DNA from: a virus
Lineage: Duplodnaviria; Caudoviricetes
Direction: 5' to 3' (one strand)
DNA length: 41,555 nt
IMG/VR virus record: IMGVR_UViG_3300020382_000151
Span: 1-41,555 of that record
Shown: in pieces, positions 1 through 13,091 of the stretch
Numbering within the stretch: position 1 is the first letter of the stretch
How the letters are laid out: every line of letters starts with the position of its first letter
Notes under the pieces: generated by a model
Told to the model about the DNA's origin: nothing
The model's input: only the letters and a program-made list of their open reading frames with translations
Databases searched by the model: none
Translations under genes and position numbers: made by a program

Positions 1-3000
1 ATACTAGGTGTAATAGCATTTACGTTTGCTCCAGGATTGTTTGCGTCTACATAATTAGGATCGTCTATTCTTACTCCGTTTTTATAAAGGTTATATACAA
101 TGCCTGTTGCAAGAGGAGCACTTAATTCTACTGCAATTGTAGAACCATCTGCTGTAAATACTTGATCTTCAAAAGTGTTATCAAATGTATCCCAATTATC
201 AGTATACCATCCAGCAGTATCAAAACCACTCGGTCCTGCAAAGTTAAAGCTGCGTACTTCAACACCACCATAGTCAATACCAGTCATTAGCTGTGCTAAA
301 TCATTGCCGTACATGCCAGCAATCGGTGCATATGCAAGATTAACTCTATCTGCTGCATTTAACATACTTAATGGTATATTATAGTCTACTTTTATAACTG
401 CGTTTAGTGCTGGTGCAGTTGCAAATACAATCTTTCCTTGCTCTCTACTATATGTAACATCGTTATTTTCAATATTTACAAATGTATACTTACTACGTAA
501 CTGTAAAATATTATCAATATACACACTTACTTTCTTAGTATCAAGATTCATTGGCCATTCTAAGAATATTCTCGATTCAAATCCTGTGCCTGCAAATGTC
601 TCTGACTTAGCAAGTGTACTAAATGTAAACGTGCCAGTAATTCTATCAAACTTAATTTTAACACTTGGACTTCTCACAACTCCGTTTCCAAGCACTGCTG
701 TTGCTGTTGGAACTATTCCTGTTGATGTTTGGGAGCCAGCAATTACTACTGTCGGAGCACTTGTATATCCACTTCCTGGATTAGTAACTACAATTTTAGT
801 AATTACACCGTAACCTAAATATGCCGTTGCCGTTGCGCCAGTTCCACCGCCGCCTGTTAAGTTAACAGTAGGTTCAAACGTAAATCCTGAGCCGCCAGTG
901 CCTATTTTAATTCCAGTTATTTGATATCCGTGGTTATCTTTCCAATTTTTGCGAGGATATGTAGTAGTGTCGAGATTTTGATCTACAATTATACCGTTTA
1001 CAATAGTTGCTTTACTTGGTTCAATTTGCTTAGTAACTGAATTATACGCTTGCGATAAATCAAAGTCACTAATCGAACTGTTTGTAGGATCTACTGCTGC
1101 GTATTCACTAACAAATTCTCTTATCTTTGTTGAATATGGTTTAAACTCTTCAACAAATTCTTGATAGCTTGCTAAGTTATCGTTATTAAATGTTATGTCT
1201 TGTAAGCTTAATGATCCTCTGATATGCTTTGACTTTACAAAACTAGTCTTAAACATCCAGTCAACTGATTTCTGCTCTGAAAGTACATAGCGTAAAGCTG
1301 ACATAAACAATTGATTATATTCAACTTCTAAGTTTCCTATAAAGATTTTATCTCTAATTGCTTTAAGTATAATTCTTAATTCAAGATTTGGATTATTATC
1401 ATAAAAGTTACTATCAAAACTGCGATTATCAAATCCTACAGTATTCTTTGAATAATCATACAATGTATCTTTAAACTGTATTGTACCGTTTTCACGTCCA
1501 ACAGTATTATAGTTAACTGTATAATCTTCAGTAACCTGCGAGTCTACTTTTTGTAGTAATAGCCAGCCGCCGGCACCTACTGTTTTAATTTTTACAATAC
1601 TACCAATAGAATTGGCTAAGCCTGCTAACTGATATGATCCAACTATTGTATCGTTAATATTAGTAAACTGATTAAATCCAGTTGCATACCAATCAACATA
1701 GTCCCAATACAGCGATACATTGTAACTTTGTAGTTTTCTTCTATACCACGCAGTACCATTCCATGAATATAATGCCCACTTACTTTGTATACTTTCGTCT
1801 GCGTTAACTAATACAGTGACTGGTCTAACTGTTATAGTAGTACTACTGTTATAACCACTGCCAGCGTTAGTAATTTTAATGCTTGTTAGTTGACCTAGAT
1901 TATTAATAGTAATATCAAATTCAGCGCCAGTACCAGCACCGTTAATTTTAAAGGTTGGTACAACTTTGTAGCCGCGTCCTGCATTAGTAATATCAATTCT
2001 TGCTATTCTACCATTAGTAATAATAGGTGTTAGTACAGCAGAAGTAATTTTATTTGTGCTTACAAATGAAAGTTCTGCTAACGTGTCTGTTACTATATCA
2101 TACTCTTTAGATAGTAATGTAGGCTTAGAATCTTGATTGGATAATGAAGAAATATCATATTCGTCAACTACAAGATTTTCTGCTAATTTTAAATTTATTC
2201 TTTCAATAGTCTGCTTTAGTGCTTCAAATCTATTAACAAACATACTTTGTCTTGGACGATTCTGTACACCATAACGGTTTTTAATAGTTATTGTAGGATC
2301 AGGAACAGTTCTGTTATTGTCGTCAAAGCCAATTAAACTATCAAACCATTTGCGCTCTATATCGGAGTCAGGCTTACTTGTACTTAACCCATCTGATATT
2401 AACTTATATTGACTATGCAAGTTTTGTGTTTTCTTAGGACCAGTTGAATATTTAATATTCAATACTAAATCATCACTATCAATAAGTGAATCAAAGTTAT
2501 TAACAACAAATTTGTTTTTAGAAAGCAAACTTACAAACGGATAACCCTGTGTTCTTGGATTTTCTATTAGTGCAGCAATATCTGTAATACTTAATTTTCT
2601 ATTTTCCATAACAGGAATTGTAACTTTATTAACTACCCAAAAGTAATATCTATTAGTAAACGTCTTACTAACTTCGTCATAAATTATTTCTGTTGAATAT
2701 TTTGTGTCACCGAATAAACTGGCTCCACTAATTCCAGCAGCAGTTCCGTTAGGAGTATCTGAAACGCTATCCCATATACTTGGAATAAAATCACTTTGCA
2801 CCCATTCAAAAATATCTATCCTTGCTCCTGGTGTTAGTTTATTCCAAGTATTCTTTTGGAATGCCGTGGTACCTTGGTACGGATGGGCAAATTTAGCACT
2901 GCTAATATTCCACCATACTTGACCAACATGTGTAGTTGTCCATGCTCTATTCGGATCAACTGAATTATCAGCAAGTGCTCCTGTATTATATACAGCAGGA

Positions 3001-6000
3001 TCGAATGGAGTTTTAAATGTAATTTCTTGGTCGGCAGGTCCAGCAATTTTGCCTTGTATTGGATCAATATAATCAACATACGTTACGATTCTATTTTCAC
3101 GCTTGTTATACAAGAACATGCCGCGGATATTATCTACGTCAACTGGAGTAATGCCATCACTAATAACACTCCAGGCAAATGTTGTTGCATTTTTTCTAAA
3201 GTCAACTATTGATCCTTTGTAGCCAGCAAAGTCATCAGTTCCGCCTGATCTCGCACTTGTTAGCTGATCAGGCATTCCGATATAAACGTGGTTTCCGTTA
3301 GTATAAATGTTCTTGCCAAACGTAGTTTGTGTTAACGAATATGTAAACTGCTCTGAATATATTAAGTTATTATTAATATTTTCATAAACATATACAGCTC
3401 CTTTATCTAGTTTAATATTCTTAAAGTTAGTAAACAAGTTATCAAACGTAGTCGCTGTATCGTCTGTTGCAGTAAATGCACTAATGTCAAACGTAGTTGG
3501 TATTGTTTGGTCGCCATTTAAACTAGATACAACTAAGTTATCAGTTCCGTATGATAGTCCAAAGCCAAAGCCTTCGCTTTCTTCGTTGTTTGGTGGTGTA
3601 AGTGTTTGAGTTAATGTAAATGTTCCTGCTGTTTGTGTGTAAACATAAACAACACCTTGATTAATTTTACTAACATCAGATAGCATTGAGCTTACAGCAA
3701 TTTGTGTTCCTGCTGGATTTAAACTAACTTTGTCAGCCCAGCCTGTAATATTATCAGGTGCATTTATTGTTTGGCTTAACGTAAACTTATCATTAGTTAC
3801 ACGGTATATTGCAAGCTTAGTATTTACTGTACTCGTAGTATCTGTTTGTTTTGTTGTTACAACTAATACTTGTGCATCGGCACTAATATCAAAACTGTTA
3901 CTAAATTCTAATATATTTTCAATTGGATCAAATACCGATTCATTGTAAAATGCATTTGCTGTTAGGTTTGGTAAGTACCCCAAGTAATCAATATTAGTGC
4001 TTACTGTTGCCCAGGAAACGTTTGAAGTACTTGGTACTGCTGCGCTTACTGCTATATTAGTTTGGGCTTCCCATAGTGCATTACTTTGTACAACTATATT
4101 TCCTTTCTTATAGGTATACGAATTATCAAAGTTGCCGCGATAGTTATCGTCTTTAGCTTGCTTCCAGCTTATTTTGTTCCAGTAAATTGGATCAAGAATA
4201 ACATTTTGGCCTGCTGTTACTGCTTTGCGACAAATATAGTAATCATCTTTATATATTATAACATCGTCTACAACATAAGCTGATATTTTATATTCGCCTT
4301 TAAAACTATCAGTTACTGCAACTCCGTGTCTAAATATTTCAATTGCTCCAGGATGCACTCTGCGTCCGGTAGAATCAGTTTCGCCGGCACTAACAACACT
4401 ATCGCTTGCAACTAGAAGTGTATAGTAATTTCCTGTTTGTACTATTGCAACTTTAGATCCAAATTTTCTATTTGCAGCTCTATGCTCTGATGTAAATGTA
4501 TCTTGGAATCTATAAGTGCCGTTACGCAATCTTCTATAGATAGAAAATGCACCTTCATCTGCTAATACTGGAGATGTTCCAGTAAGTGCTGCTGGTATAT
4601 TATATACTTGTGTATAATCTTTATTTAAACTGTAAGGAGGGTTTTGTACGCGCTGTACACCAGATTCAGTTGTTTCATCAAAGAACCAATATTCCTCATC
4701 TGTTATTAACGGAGTAGCAACAACATCAAAGTTGCCAACTTTTTCGTATACAACTAACTTGCCAATTAATGCTGTTCCTAACACAATGCCATTGTTTACA
4801 TCTGTTACTGTGCCTATTTTGCGAGATACATCAGTAGCTCCACGTAGTGCAGTGTTTGCTCTACGGAGGATTTGATAGCGACCAATATTTGATAGTTCAT
4901 TCCAGGCGCCTGTAGTACCGTCTGTATTTGCAACAATTTTTAGATAGACTCTAACACTAGTAAAGTTACGCTGCATAAACATTACTTCAGCACTGCTAGA
5001 TGTAATACTAGTTAATGCTAATCCGCCTTGGCCGTCTCTAGGAATTTGAACATCTTCAATTATGTCTCCAACTTGTGGTTCGTATGCAAACCCTTGGAAA
5101 TCAAATTCTGTAAGAGTAAAATCTACGTAGCCGTCCCATAAGTCAACAATTGTCTGTTGCTTGTTTAAAATAGCGTATGAAAATCCAGCACTTGTAACAT
5201 CAATTACTCTGTTATCAAGGTTATATAATCTAAATTCTTGCACAGCTCCGTTAGTTAATGTGTCAGTAAATGATTTTGCAGCTCGTGCTACCCATTTATT
5301 ACTAGGCAGATCACGTTCGGTACCATCCTGAGCATCTGCGCCTGATGGATCGCCTCTATATGATAACTGGCTAATAAAACTAGCTTGGTTTTTCTTAGTT
5401 ACATATACTCCGATACTACCAACAGTGTCTTGAATATTAGAATAATTATTAAGCGCACGGGCAGATCCTTGGAGTTTAACATCAGCGTAAACTAATCCAC
5501 GTCCTGCGTCATAATATATACCATCGTTTGAATAACTAAAGCCTGTATTAATATACCAAAAGCCGCCAACCGCAACTGTTGTACTGTACGTCGACTCTTC
5601 TGTATATGCTCCTACTAATTCAATTTCATTAACATATAAATTACCAGTAATACCAAATACACCGTTTGTATTTTTAACATATACTACTGCACTGTCATTA
5701 CGTGTACTTGTATATGTTACTTCAGCACTACCAGTGTCAGTCGAAACTATAGCTCCTACAACTGGAATTGATACAAAGGTATCAATAAAAAATACATGAT
5801 CAATTTTTTCAACAATTGTATGTTGTTGATTTATAAATGATGGTGTTATTTCTGAAATTGCTCCATTAAATGGAAGATAGTTATCTAATGTAGGATATGC
5901 ATAACTACGTTGATTCCACGCTAAGTTAATTGTATCGCCAGCGGTTGTTCCAAGGTACATGTCTGTAGGAGCGCGTACTAACAAGTGGCTTACTGTATTA

Positions 6001-9000
6001 TTTGCTAATCCTGGATCGCCTGCAACTAAAAGATTTAGTACCGTGCTATCAGCATCTGCACTACTTGCAATGTTTATATATGTGTCGAATGTACTAAATG
6101 GCTGGTTAGCTACTTGAGGAAGTATTCCTCTATTTGCTTTCCATAAACTTTCTCTATAACGTACAATATCACTTTTAATATAAGTTGCATCGCCTTGGAA
6201 ATCAAATGTACTTGCGCCAGTCGATGCGTCTGTTTTATATGCTAGTTTAGTTTTAATATTACTTGCCTGAGGTATACCTACAATAAGATATTCGCCATCA
6301 GGCGACACTGCAATACTTTTACCAAAGTCTGCATCTGCGATATTAAATAAATCGTTATTATCAAGTTTTATTTCTTGGTCTAGTAGTAAGTTAGATTGTT
6401 CTCTAGTTCTTCTATAGACTGATACTTTTCCGTTTATATCATTCGGTGATGATACAAACACGTTATTATTATTTGCAGTTATAGCAACACTATCACTAAA
6501 TCCTTGATCAGTACTGTCGTACAATGACGGATTTGTAATTGATTGAGAATTTAAATAAACAGGATCATTTTCTAATACAGCCCATTCATTAATGTATGTA
6601 TCTACCCATAATCGCTGTTTAGGATATATCTCTTGATTTGTGGCTGCGTTAATTCCAGCGATGTTACTAACTCGTACAGTTCGTAATACAGCTAGTGCAA
6701 ATGACTGTTCTTCAAAATCAATTATTTCGTTATCTAATGGAACTCGTATTTGTATAGTATTAAGATTAATATTATCTACTTCATATAATCCGTTTATTGC
6801 ATATGCATTTGCTCCTCGGATACCAACATAGTCGCCTTTGTATAATAATGCATCTGCCCACTTATCAAGTGTTATGTCTACTAGGCGCAATCCGTTATCT
6901 GCAACAGTAGTAGTAAGTGTCGAAACTATGTTAGCATTTACACTTGCTCTTACTAATTGCATAACAGTCCAGCTCTTATTATCTGTCTCAGTTATCCATA
7001 TACTATTACCAAGATCAATTTGGTTAGTATCTACTGATGCAAGGTCTACTAAGTTTCCAACAATAAAGTCAACATCGTCTTCGTTTGCATAACCAGCAGT
7101 TTTAATATATTCACTAGTTAACGTTTTAATAGGAAACGGCTCGCTTGTATAACCTTCTGGTCTATCATATACATCCGTAGGTTTAATACGGAAAATTTTG
7201 TCATAGTTGCGGTTAGGTATAACATTTACAAGCTCAATAGCTTGCGGTGATTCTTGTATGTCTTCTTGTATTAAGTTAAACTCAATTTGCTTCACATCAT
7301 CTACTGCACCATAACGTCCAACTTGTATTGCCCACTCTTCGTAGAACTCTAAGTTATCAGACGTGTTGCCGAGCGCATTAAACAGCTTAGTAAACACATT
7401 CATAGTACCCTTGTCTGCAATTGCTCCTCTGTAAAACTTAAACTGACTTACATCGTCGTTAATAATATTAGCAAGATACTGGCGCTTTTGATATCCTATC
7501 AAATGCTGTGCCATTTTTTGCTGTTCGATATCAAAGCTGTCTGAATCTAAATCATAAAAGTCTGTAAACTGTGTAACTCTATAATCAAAGTTAGTCATTA
7601 ACTGCGATACTGGTTTTTCATTTAATTGATACCAGTTAGTTGAATTAAAGTTTTGACTTCCGGACGCATTAAGTGTAGCTACATAATAATACTGCTTGTA
7701 TTTTACAATGTCGCCAATCTTATAATCTTTCCACTGGGCCCAGTCGGTATATGACGCATCATCATATACAAATCCAGGAATGTTTAATCCGCCGCGCCAG
7801 TCATCTGATCTATATCCATTAACTTTAATTCTGTCTTGTCTGTAGCCAGTACTCGGAGTGTAAATGGCATCATTGAAGTCTGTTGTATTATCTAATAGTA
7901 CAACATGCTCCTTTTGTACCAACGGAAGTGATACATGGTATAATCCTTCGTCAGTATCAACTGTTTCTAGGCCAAAGCTATTTTGATCTCTTAACAGACT
8001 GTTAAATTCTGAACTTAAAAATAGACCGTCTGCTTTATAGATACTGTACCCGTAAAAATCATCTTTGATATTATCAACTATATGATAATCTCTTTTAAAT
8101 TCTAATAAGTTTGCTCCAGGACTTAATGCAATTAACGCACTGTTTGCCCATCCTTGTGTTGTCCAGAATAAAAACTCCTTCGCTGCGTTAGGCCAATTTT
8201 CAACTACGTTTGACCCGCTAATAACATTTTCAAAACTAAATCCAATTGCTTGTTGACGCTGACTATAGCCTAATATAAAATCAACAACTTCTTGAGCATT
8301 ACTAAGTCTGCTGCCGTATTGTAGCGTTTTAATTTCTTGAGTATAAAAGTCTTTCTTGAATTCAGCAGTTTTGCCGCCTTCAACTGGTAGCACAGGTAAT
8401 TTAATTATATCTGTAGTATCAAAAGTTACACTACTTGTAAAAGAATTAATAACTCTATAAAAAGCATTGTTATTTTGAATTACTTCACCACTTATATAAG
8501 CAGTATTACTATTCCACGGCTGGACCTTTTCTGCTATTCCGCCAACTGTTACTGTCGAACTAGTCGATCCTTCCTGCACATCATAATATTCAAAGTACGG
8601 CTTTTCTAAATTATATCCTCGTATAACATAACCTAGTTCAGCACGTTCTATAATCATACCACTGTAAATTGCAAGTTCAGTAGGACTACTAGTGTTTAGG
8701 AATACTTGATAGTTTTCCTGCGGGACAAATATTCCGCCTTGTGTTTGTTCTTGTGTAGGTGACCTACTATCAAGTATTAAATTAAATTTTTCTTTGCTAG
8801 TAAATCCAGCAACTTTAATACCTAGTTGGTTAGTAATTGTAGCTAGTTCTGTTTTGTATCCTTCATATACTGTTAGTATATCACTTGCTACTAGATTATA
8901 GATATAGTTTACTAAGCCAGAAGTAATAGTTCTTGTAGATGAATTAATAGTATTTGGTAATTTTAGATTCTTAATAACAACAGGCTTGTTTGTATCCTTA

Positions 9001-12000
9001 TCAACCCATTGATTTGCTAAGTTTTTAGTTATCCTTGAAATATCAAATCCAAGACTCATAGTTTTGGCAGGCTTGTTAAGTAACATTGCTGTTAATACAG
9101 CAAAAGGATATTCTGAACTTCTGCTCCATGCATTTTCAATTGGCGATCTGTCACCAAATTTAAAGTTCTTTGTTGCACTACTTATTTGGAAGTTTTTAGC
9201 ATATCGACTATCTAGTGGTGATAGTAGTTTACCGCTGCTTGCAACAGGAATAAAATTAGTTAAACCAGTACGAGCATATTTAAGATCAATTCTTGTATTT
9301 TTAGGATCTGCAATTCGACCAGCTTCTAAATCTCTCCAAAGTACTAAGTTATCACCTGTATAAGGAGCCGGACCATAAACTGTATTCCACCAGCTTGGCT
9401 TAGTTGTTAAGCCTAACATTTCCCAAGGATGAGTATGCGGACGGTCTGTATCAAATGCTCTTATATACACACTTCTCCAAAATCCTGGATTTATATTTCC
9501 ATCTGGAGATGTAGTATCTGAGTAGTTAAATGTCCAATTATTAGTTCTATCATAGAATGTATTATTAGTAAACGTTTCATTATTTAAATTTTGCTGTAAC
9601 CATTGCTGGAAGTCTCCAAGCATTGTGTTATCGATTTCAGCTTTTGTAAATTCATTAACTCTAAACTCGCCGCCAATAAAGGCATTAATATCTAATCTAT
9701 CAGTTGAATATTCAGCTTTAATATTATTAAAGATTCTATTTTCTAATTCTAATAACAGTTCATCTCTAAAGTCTTTATAAGCTTTAATGTAACTACCATC
9801 GTGTCCTCTAATAAATGCAACACCAATTGGAAACTCGTCAATTTCAATATTATCAGTTCCAGCAATAGTTGCACCAGTTGCTGGAATATATAATATCTTA
9901 TTCATTCCTTTAAATGTATAGCCTTTCGATGCTGCGCCAGTGCCAGCTGCCACTTTAGTTGTGTAGACTGGATAGAACCAACCTCTAGTACCAGTTGCAC
10001 TATCTTCGCCGTATACTTTAAACGGGCCTGTTGAAACTGGCTCAGTTGCAAGTACAGTATCGTCAATTGTTAATTCTGGATAGTACTTAGGATACAATCC
10101 TAGTTTTGTAGGAGTAGGAGCAATAAAGCTGCCATCAGTATTATCATATTCGTGTATTTCGATTAGATCGTTTTCTTTTTGTCCTGCGGCAATCGAAACG
10201 TACCCAGCTACATTAAAATTATAATCCTTAAGATATGTTAGTTGTACATTATTTAAATATATTGTTATTCCTGTCGAACTTAATACAGATAAACTAAAAG
10301 TATTAGTAATTGGATAATCTGTTACTCTTGCATCTAATACTGTATAATCAAGTTTGTTAGAAGGTCCATTAGGTATCATATCTGAGAAGTAAAATGGCTG
10401 CGACTTTATCTTATCATTATTAATTTCTTTTAACACTTTATCTACGTGGCCTTTGACTGGACCGTCATACCCTAAATTAGTAGCTACATCTAAAAATGTT
10501 TTCTTAAATCTAGAATACTCTTTTTTGGAAAACTTTAAAGCCTTTATAATATTATAGCTTTTGTTAGTTATATGATATAACGGTAGGTTAATTGGACCGC
10601 TGTGTTTAACAAACCGTTTTCCGTAATGATCTAAGTCGCCCAAGTCTCTTAGGTTGCTAGATCCAAGGTATGTGCCAGTATAGTTTGGAATATCTTCCAA
10701 CATACTATCAACATGATCAACTACTTCTCCGAGTGTAAATTGCTTAACATCATCATTTAACGGGTTACGCTCCAAGTTATATGGAAATTCGTAATAGCCA
10801 TTAGAATTTTTTATAGTTTTAGTGTCTGTTTTAATTTTAACAATATCGCCAACAGTTAAATCTTTATTAAATATAATAGCTGCGTTGTTATTAGTTTTAT
10901 CAACTGTATAGTTTGTGGTAATTATCTGTAATTTATTATTAACAAATACTACAATTTTTAAATCAGTTAAAGTACTCGAGTTATTATACGCATCAATTAC
11001 AAATTTATTAACTTGTAAGTCAGTAGCTGCATGTTCTTTTATAACAAACTGCTTACTTTTTGTAGGAGTACTACTAAAGCCGTTTACATAAGAATATGCA
11101 GTAAGTGATTTAAATTTCTTTAAGTATCCACTGCTAATTGACTGCGTAAATACTTCTGTATCTGTTTGATAGTTAAACGAATCGTTTAATAAATTAAAAT
11201 CAAAGACAATATCGCCTGAGTTTACAATAGTCTTATAACTTAATGCAAATCCTAATTCAGTATCTACTACTCCTTCTCCGGCTGCATATGAGAATAATTT
11301 AGATCCTTTAAATGTAGTTGATCCGTAACTTGTAATATCACTAAAGCTATTTCCGTTTACATCAAATACATCAAATAATGGTGCTTGATTACGTGTAGTT
11401 TTTTCTTGTGCAGCAGCCCACTTTAAATTAGTAAAATGGTAACTTTTGCCTGCGTTTTTTACGCCTTGTGTAACTAATACTGTTTCGAGATCTAACGGTA
11501 AAGTATCAGTAGTTTCAATTAAACTAATTTGTCTTACATTACTAATTTTAACAAATTTAACTTGATAAATTTTACCACTAACACGGATGTCAGTATCTGC
11601 TGTAAACATAATACGCATGTTATCTGCAAGATTGACTCCGTCGATGTTGTAGCCTGTTTGTCCTTCAATAGTACTAAACACATCTTTAGTAAATGTATCT
11701 ATTAAGTCAACATCTTGTTTTGCAGATGCTCCGAAGTTATTTAATTTTATGCCTGCTTCGAATTCAATAATAGGACGCTTGGCGCGGTTGGCTTCATCTA
11801 CATCTCTAGGTAGCCCGTTATGTTCAAAACTTTTTAATATTACATCTTTGTGATGCCATCTATTATATCGACTCCATGCGTTTCTATCAGGCGTAGCCCT
11901 GTTAATAACAATATAATCTTGATTAGTTGCATAAGCTGTGGCATCTGTAAACGGTAATGTATCAAAGTTATCACTATCGTATGCCACACGCTTTGTATCA

Positions 12001-13091
12001 CTATATGCTGCTGGAATAATTAAATCTTGATCTTTAATTAATTTAATTTTAGAGCCAACGCCTTCAACATACCAAGAATTAGTTTCGTATGTAACAGGTA
12101 GTATATCACCTTGGAATTTAATTTTCATTCCGTTTGATAAAACTACTCCGTTTGCAGTTGTATAAGTTTTCTTACCTATTATTTCTTGATCTATATTAAG
12201 GAATGTATTTTCCTCAATATCATAAACTCTAATAGCACTGCTAGTATCTACTGAATTTTTACTAATATAATATAATACATTAGGTGCGTTAGATGGAATA
12301 GTAAACTCAATGGTGCCTTTTTCAATGTATGTATCTGTAGTAACATTACCTAGTTCGTCATACATTGTTATACCATCAGTATAAAGTGTACTAACGTTAG
12401 TATCAACACTTACTCCTGGAGTAAACGTTCTACTAAGGGCAATTGATATCGGATGTCCTAAAGTGTCAATTGCAAAACGATATGTTTGTCCTCGGTAAAG
12501 TTTTAATGTTGGATTAACTGTAATTCCTTCATTAAATACATAAGCAATATTGTCGCCTTGGTCTTGAGTAGTAACAGTATAGGTACTAACAACATCTCTA
12601 CTTTGCCCTCTAACTTGTATACTAAGTGGGCCGTTTGGCATCCAGTAATACTCACGGAAGTTTACAAATTTATCCCAATCAATGTTTGGGTTCCATGCAT
12701 AGGTTTCTTGGTTATTTAAACGACTATGGTTATCTGTATTTGCTCCGTATACATTTAACTGACCCATATAATCATTATAGTCTTTATAAAAAGTTACATT
12801 ATCGTATAAGTCTTTAATAACAGTAGCAGGTTCTAATTGATAGTTAGTCCTATTAACTGTTACATCGTCGATATAATTATCTGTAGCTTTGTATGCTTTG
12901 GCAGTTTTTCTGCCGTAATAACCATTTACTTTTTCAGCAACGCCAGGTTGTATAAGCTGGTCTAGTGTACCTTGTAGGAACTTTTTATTTGCTTGTGTTC
13001 TAAAAAACTTTGGTAGAAAATCACTTGAAGTAATTTTATTATTCTGGCCCGGAACAGGTAGGGCACTTTCGTTTTGATCATTCTTAGCCAT
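1..13091 (-). CDS. Giant virion structural protein (>4,360 aa, 3' end outside window); probable baseplate wedge/adsorption protein with beta-propeller and carbohydrate-binding-like repeats
   Basis: ATG at 13091-13089 overlaps the TAA of the upstream gp6-like gene (TAATG). It begins [39 protein letters not shown], and the same frame still reads ...[19 protein letters not shown] at positions ~60-3. The track lists no stop-terminated ORF in this frame. Contains FG-GAP-like segments ([20 protein letters not shown] ~6330-6270) and W-x5-Y-x2-GD-like motifs ([20 protein letters not shown] ~7742-7683). Confidence 0.88.
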   Translation of the reverse strand, partial: MAKNDQNESALPVPGQNNKITSSDFLPKFFRTQANKKFLQGTLDQLIQPGVAEKVNGYYGRKTAKAYKATDNYIDDVTVNRTNYQLEPATVIKDLYDNVTFYKDYNDYMGQLNVYGANTDNHSRLNNQETYAWNPNIDWDKFVNFREYYWMPNGPLSIQVRGQSRDVVSTYTVTTQDQGDNIAYVFNEGITVNPTLKLYRGQTYRFAIDTLGHPISIALSRTFTPGVSVDTNVSTLYTDGITMYDELGNVTTDTYIEKGTIEFTIPSNAPNVLYYISKNSVDTSSAIRVYDIEENTFLNIDQEIIGKKTYTTANGVVLSNGMKIKFQGDILPVTYETNSWYVEGVGSKIKLIKDQDLIIPAAYSDTKRVAYDSDNFDTLPFTDATAYATNQDYIVINRATPDRNAWSRYNRWHHKDVILKSFEHNGLPRDVDEANRAKRPIIEFEAGIKLNNFGASAKQDVDLIDTFTKDVFSTIEGQTGYNIDGVNLADNMRIMFTADTDIRVSGKIYQVKFVKISNVRQISLIETTDTLPLDLETVLVTQGVKNAGKSYHFTNLKWAAAQEKTTRNQAPLFDVFDVNGNSFSDITSYGSTTFKGSKLFSYAAGEGVVDTELGFALSYKTIVNSGDIVFDFNLLNDSFNYQTDTEVFTQSISSGYLKKFKSLTAYSYVNGFSSTPTKSKQFVIKEHAATDLQVNKFVIDAYNNSSTLTDLKIVVFVNNKLQIITTNYTVDKTNNNAAIIFNKDLTVGDIVKIKTDTKTIKNSNGYYEFPYNLERNPLNDDVKQFTLGEVVDHVDSMLEDIPNYTGTYLGSSNLRDLGDLDHYGKRFVKHSGPINLPLYHITNKSYNIIKALKFSKKEYSRFKKTFLDVATNLGYDGPVKGHVDKVLKEINNDKIKSQPFYFSDMIPNGPSNKLDYTVLDARVTDYPITNTFSLSVLSSTGITIYLNNVQLTYLKDYNFNVAGYVSIAAGQKENDLIEIHEYDNTDGSFIAPTPTKLGLYPKYYPELTIDDTVLATEPVSTGPFKVYGEDSATGTRGWFYPVYTTKVAAGTGAASKGYTFKGMNKILYIPATGATIAGTDNIEIDEFPIGVAFIRGHDGSYIKAYKDFRDELLLELENRIFNNIKAEYSTDRLDINAFIGGEFRVNEFTKAEIDNTMLGDFQQWLQQNLNNETFTNNTFYDRTNNWTFNYSDTTSPDGNINPGFWRSVYIRAFDTDRPHTHPWEMLGLTTKPSWWNTVYGPAPYTGDNLVLWRDLEAGRIADPKNTRIDLKYARTGLTNFIPVASSGKLLSPLDSRYAKNFQISSATKNFKFGDRSPIENAWSRSSEYPFAVLTAMLLNKPAKTMSLGFDISRITKNLANQWVDKDTNKPVVIKNLKLPNTINSSTRTITSGLVNYIYNLVASDILTVYEGYKTELATITNQLGIKVAGFTSKEKFNLILDSRSPTQEQTQGGIFVPQENYQVFLNTSSPTELAIYSGMIIERAELGYVIRGYNLEKPYFEYYDVQEGSTSSTVTVGGIAEKVQPWNSNTAYISGEVIQNNNAFYRVINSFTSSVTFDTTDIIKLPVLPVEGGKTAEFKKDFYTQEIKTLQYGSRLSNAQEVVDFILGYSQRQQAIGFSFENVISGSNVVENWPNAAKEFLFWTTQGWANSALIALSPGANLLEFKRDYHIVDNIKDDFYGYSIYKADGLFLSSEFNSLLRDQNSFGLETVDTDEGLYHVSLPLVQKEHVVLLDNTTDFNDAIYTPSTGYRQDRIKVNGYRSDDWRGGLNIPGFVYDDASYTDWAQWKDYKIGDIVKYKQYYYVATLNASGSQNFNSTNWYQLNEKPVSQLMTNFDYRVTQFTDFYDLDSDSFDIEQQKMAQHLIGYQKRQYLANIINDDVSQFKFYRGAIADKGTMNVFTKLFNALGNTSDNLEFYEEWAIQVGRYGAVDDVKQIEFNLIQEDIQESPQAIELVNVIPNRNYDKIFRIKPTDVYDRPEGYTSEPFPIKTLTSEYIKTAGYANEDDVDFIVGNLVDLASVDTNQIDLGNSIWITETDNKSWTVMQLVRASVNANIVSTLTTTVADNGLRLVDITLDKWADALLYKGDYVGIRGANAYAINGLYEVDNINLNTIQIRVPLDNEIIDFEEQSFALAVLRTVRVSNIAGINAATNQEIYPKQRLWVDTYINEWAVLENDPVYLNSQSITNPSLYDSTDQGFSDSVAITANNNNVFVSSPNDINGKVSVYRRTREQSNLLLDQEIKLDNNDLFNIADADFGKSIAVSPDGEYLIVGIPQASNIKTKLAYKTDASTGASTFDFQGDATYIKSDIVRYRESLWKANRGILPQVANQPFSTFDTYINIASSADADSTVLNLLVAGDPGLANNTVSHLLVRAPTDMYLGTTAGDTINLAWNQRSYAYPTLDNYLPFNGAISEITPSFINQQHTIVEKIDHVFFIDTFVSIPVVGAIVSTDTGSAEVTYTSTRNDSAVVYVKNTNGVFGITGNLYVNEIELVGAYTEESTYSTTVAVGGFWYINTGFSYSNDGIYYDAGRGLVYADVKLQGSARALNNYSNIQDTVGSIGVYVTKKNQASFISQLSYRGDPSGADAQDGTERDLPSNKWVARAAKSFTDTLTNGAVQEFRLYNLDNRVIDVTSAGFSYAILNKQQTIVDLWDGYVDFTLTEFDFQGFAYEPQVGDIIEDVQIPRDGQGGLALTSITSSSAEVMFMQRNFTSVRVYLKIVANTDGTTGAWNELSNIGRYQILRRANTALRGATDVSRKIGTVTDVNNGIVLGTALIGKLVVYEKVGNFDVVATPLITDEEYWFFDETTESGVQRVQNPPYSLNKDYTQVYNIPAALTGTSPVLADEGAFSIYRRLRNGTYRFQDTFTSEHRAANRKFGSKVAIVQTGNYYTLLVASDSVVSAGETDSTGRRVHPGAIEIFRHGVAVTDSFKGEYKISAYVVDDVIIYKDDYYICRKAVTAGQNVILDPIYWNKISWKQAKDDNYRGNFDNSYTYKKGNIVVQSNALWEAQTNIAVSAAVPSTSNVSWATVSTNIDYLGYLPNLTANAFYNESVFDPIENILEFSNSFDISADAQVLVVTTKQTDTTSTVNTKLAIYRVTNDKFTLSQTINAPDNITGWADKVSLNPAGTQIAVSSMLSDVSKINQGVVYVYTQTAGTFTLTQTLTPPNNEESEGFGFGLSYGTDNLVVSSLNGDQTIPTTFDISAFTATDDTATTFDNLFTNFKNIKLDKGAVYVYENINNNLIYSEQFTYSLTQTTFGKNIYTNGNHVYIGMPDQLTSARSGGTDDFAGYKGSIVDFRKNATTFAWSVISDGITPVDVDNIRGMFLYNKRENRIVTYVDYIDPIQGKIAGPADQEITFKTPFDPAVYNTGALADNSVDPNRAWTTTHVGQVWWNISSAKFAHPYQGTTAFQKNTWNKLTPGARIDIFEWVQSDFIPSIWDSVSDTPNGTAAGISGASLFGDTKYSTEIIYDEVSKTFTNRYYFWVVNKVTIPVMENRKLSITDIAALIENPRTQGYPFVSLLSKNKFVVNNFDSLIDSDDLVLNIKYSTGPKKTQNLHSQYKLISDGLSTSKPDSDIERKWFDSLIGFDDNNRTVPDPTITIKNRYGVQNRPRQSMFVNRFEALKQTIERINLKLAENLVVDEYDISSLSNQDSKPTLLSKEYDIVTDTLAELSFVSTNKITSAVLTPIITNGRIARIDITNAGRGYKVVPTFKINGAGTGAEFDITINNLGQLTSIKITNAGSGYNSSTTITVRPVTVLVNADESIQSKWALYSWNGTAWYRRKLQSYNVSLYWDYVDWYATGFNQFTNINDTIVGSYQLAGLANSIGSIVKIKTVGAGGWLLLQKVDSQVTEDYTVNYNTVGRENGTIQFKDTLYDYSKNTVGFDNRSFDSNFYDNNPNLELRIILKAIRDKIFIGNLEVEYNQLFMSALRYVLSEQKSVDWMFKTSFVKSKHIRGSLSLQDITFNNDNLASYQEFVEEFKPYSTKIREFVSEYAAVDPTNSSISDFDLSQAYNSVTKQIEPSKATIVNGIIVDQNLDTTTYPRKNWKDNHGYQITGIKIGTGGSGFTFEPTVNLTGGGGTGATATAYLGYGVITKIVVTNPGSGYTSAPTVVIAGSQTSTGIVPTATAVLGNGVVRSPSVKIKFDRITGTFTFSTLAKSETFAGTGFESRIFLEWPMNLDTKKVSVYIDNILQLRSKYTFVNIENNDVTYSREQGKIVFATAPALNAVIKVDYNIPLSMLNAADRVNLAYAPIAGMYGNDLAQLMTGIDYGGVEVRSFNFAGPSGFDTAGWYTDNWDTFDNTFEDQVFTADGSTIAVELSAPLATGIVYNLYKNGVRIDDPNYVDANNPGANVNAITPS

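Noticed and set aside
586-12817. Short ORFs listed across the first 13 kb, suggesting a gene-poor or recoded region
   Set aside because: All overlap the single giant minus-strand ORF. No alternative genetic code is needed, since genes elsewhere end cleanly in TAA, TAG or TGA.
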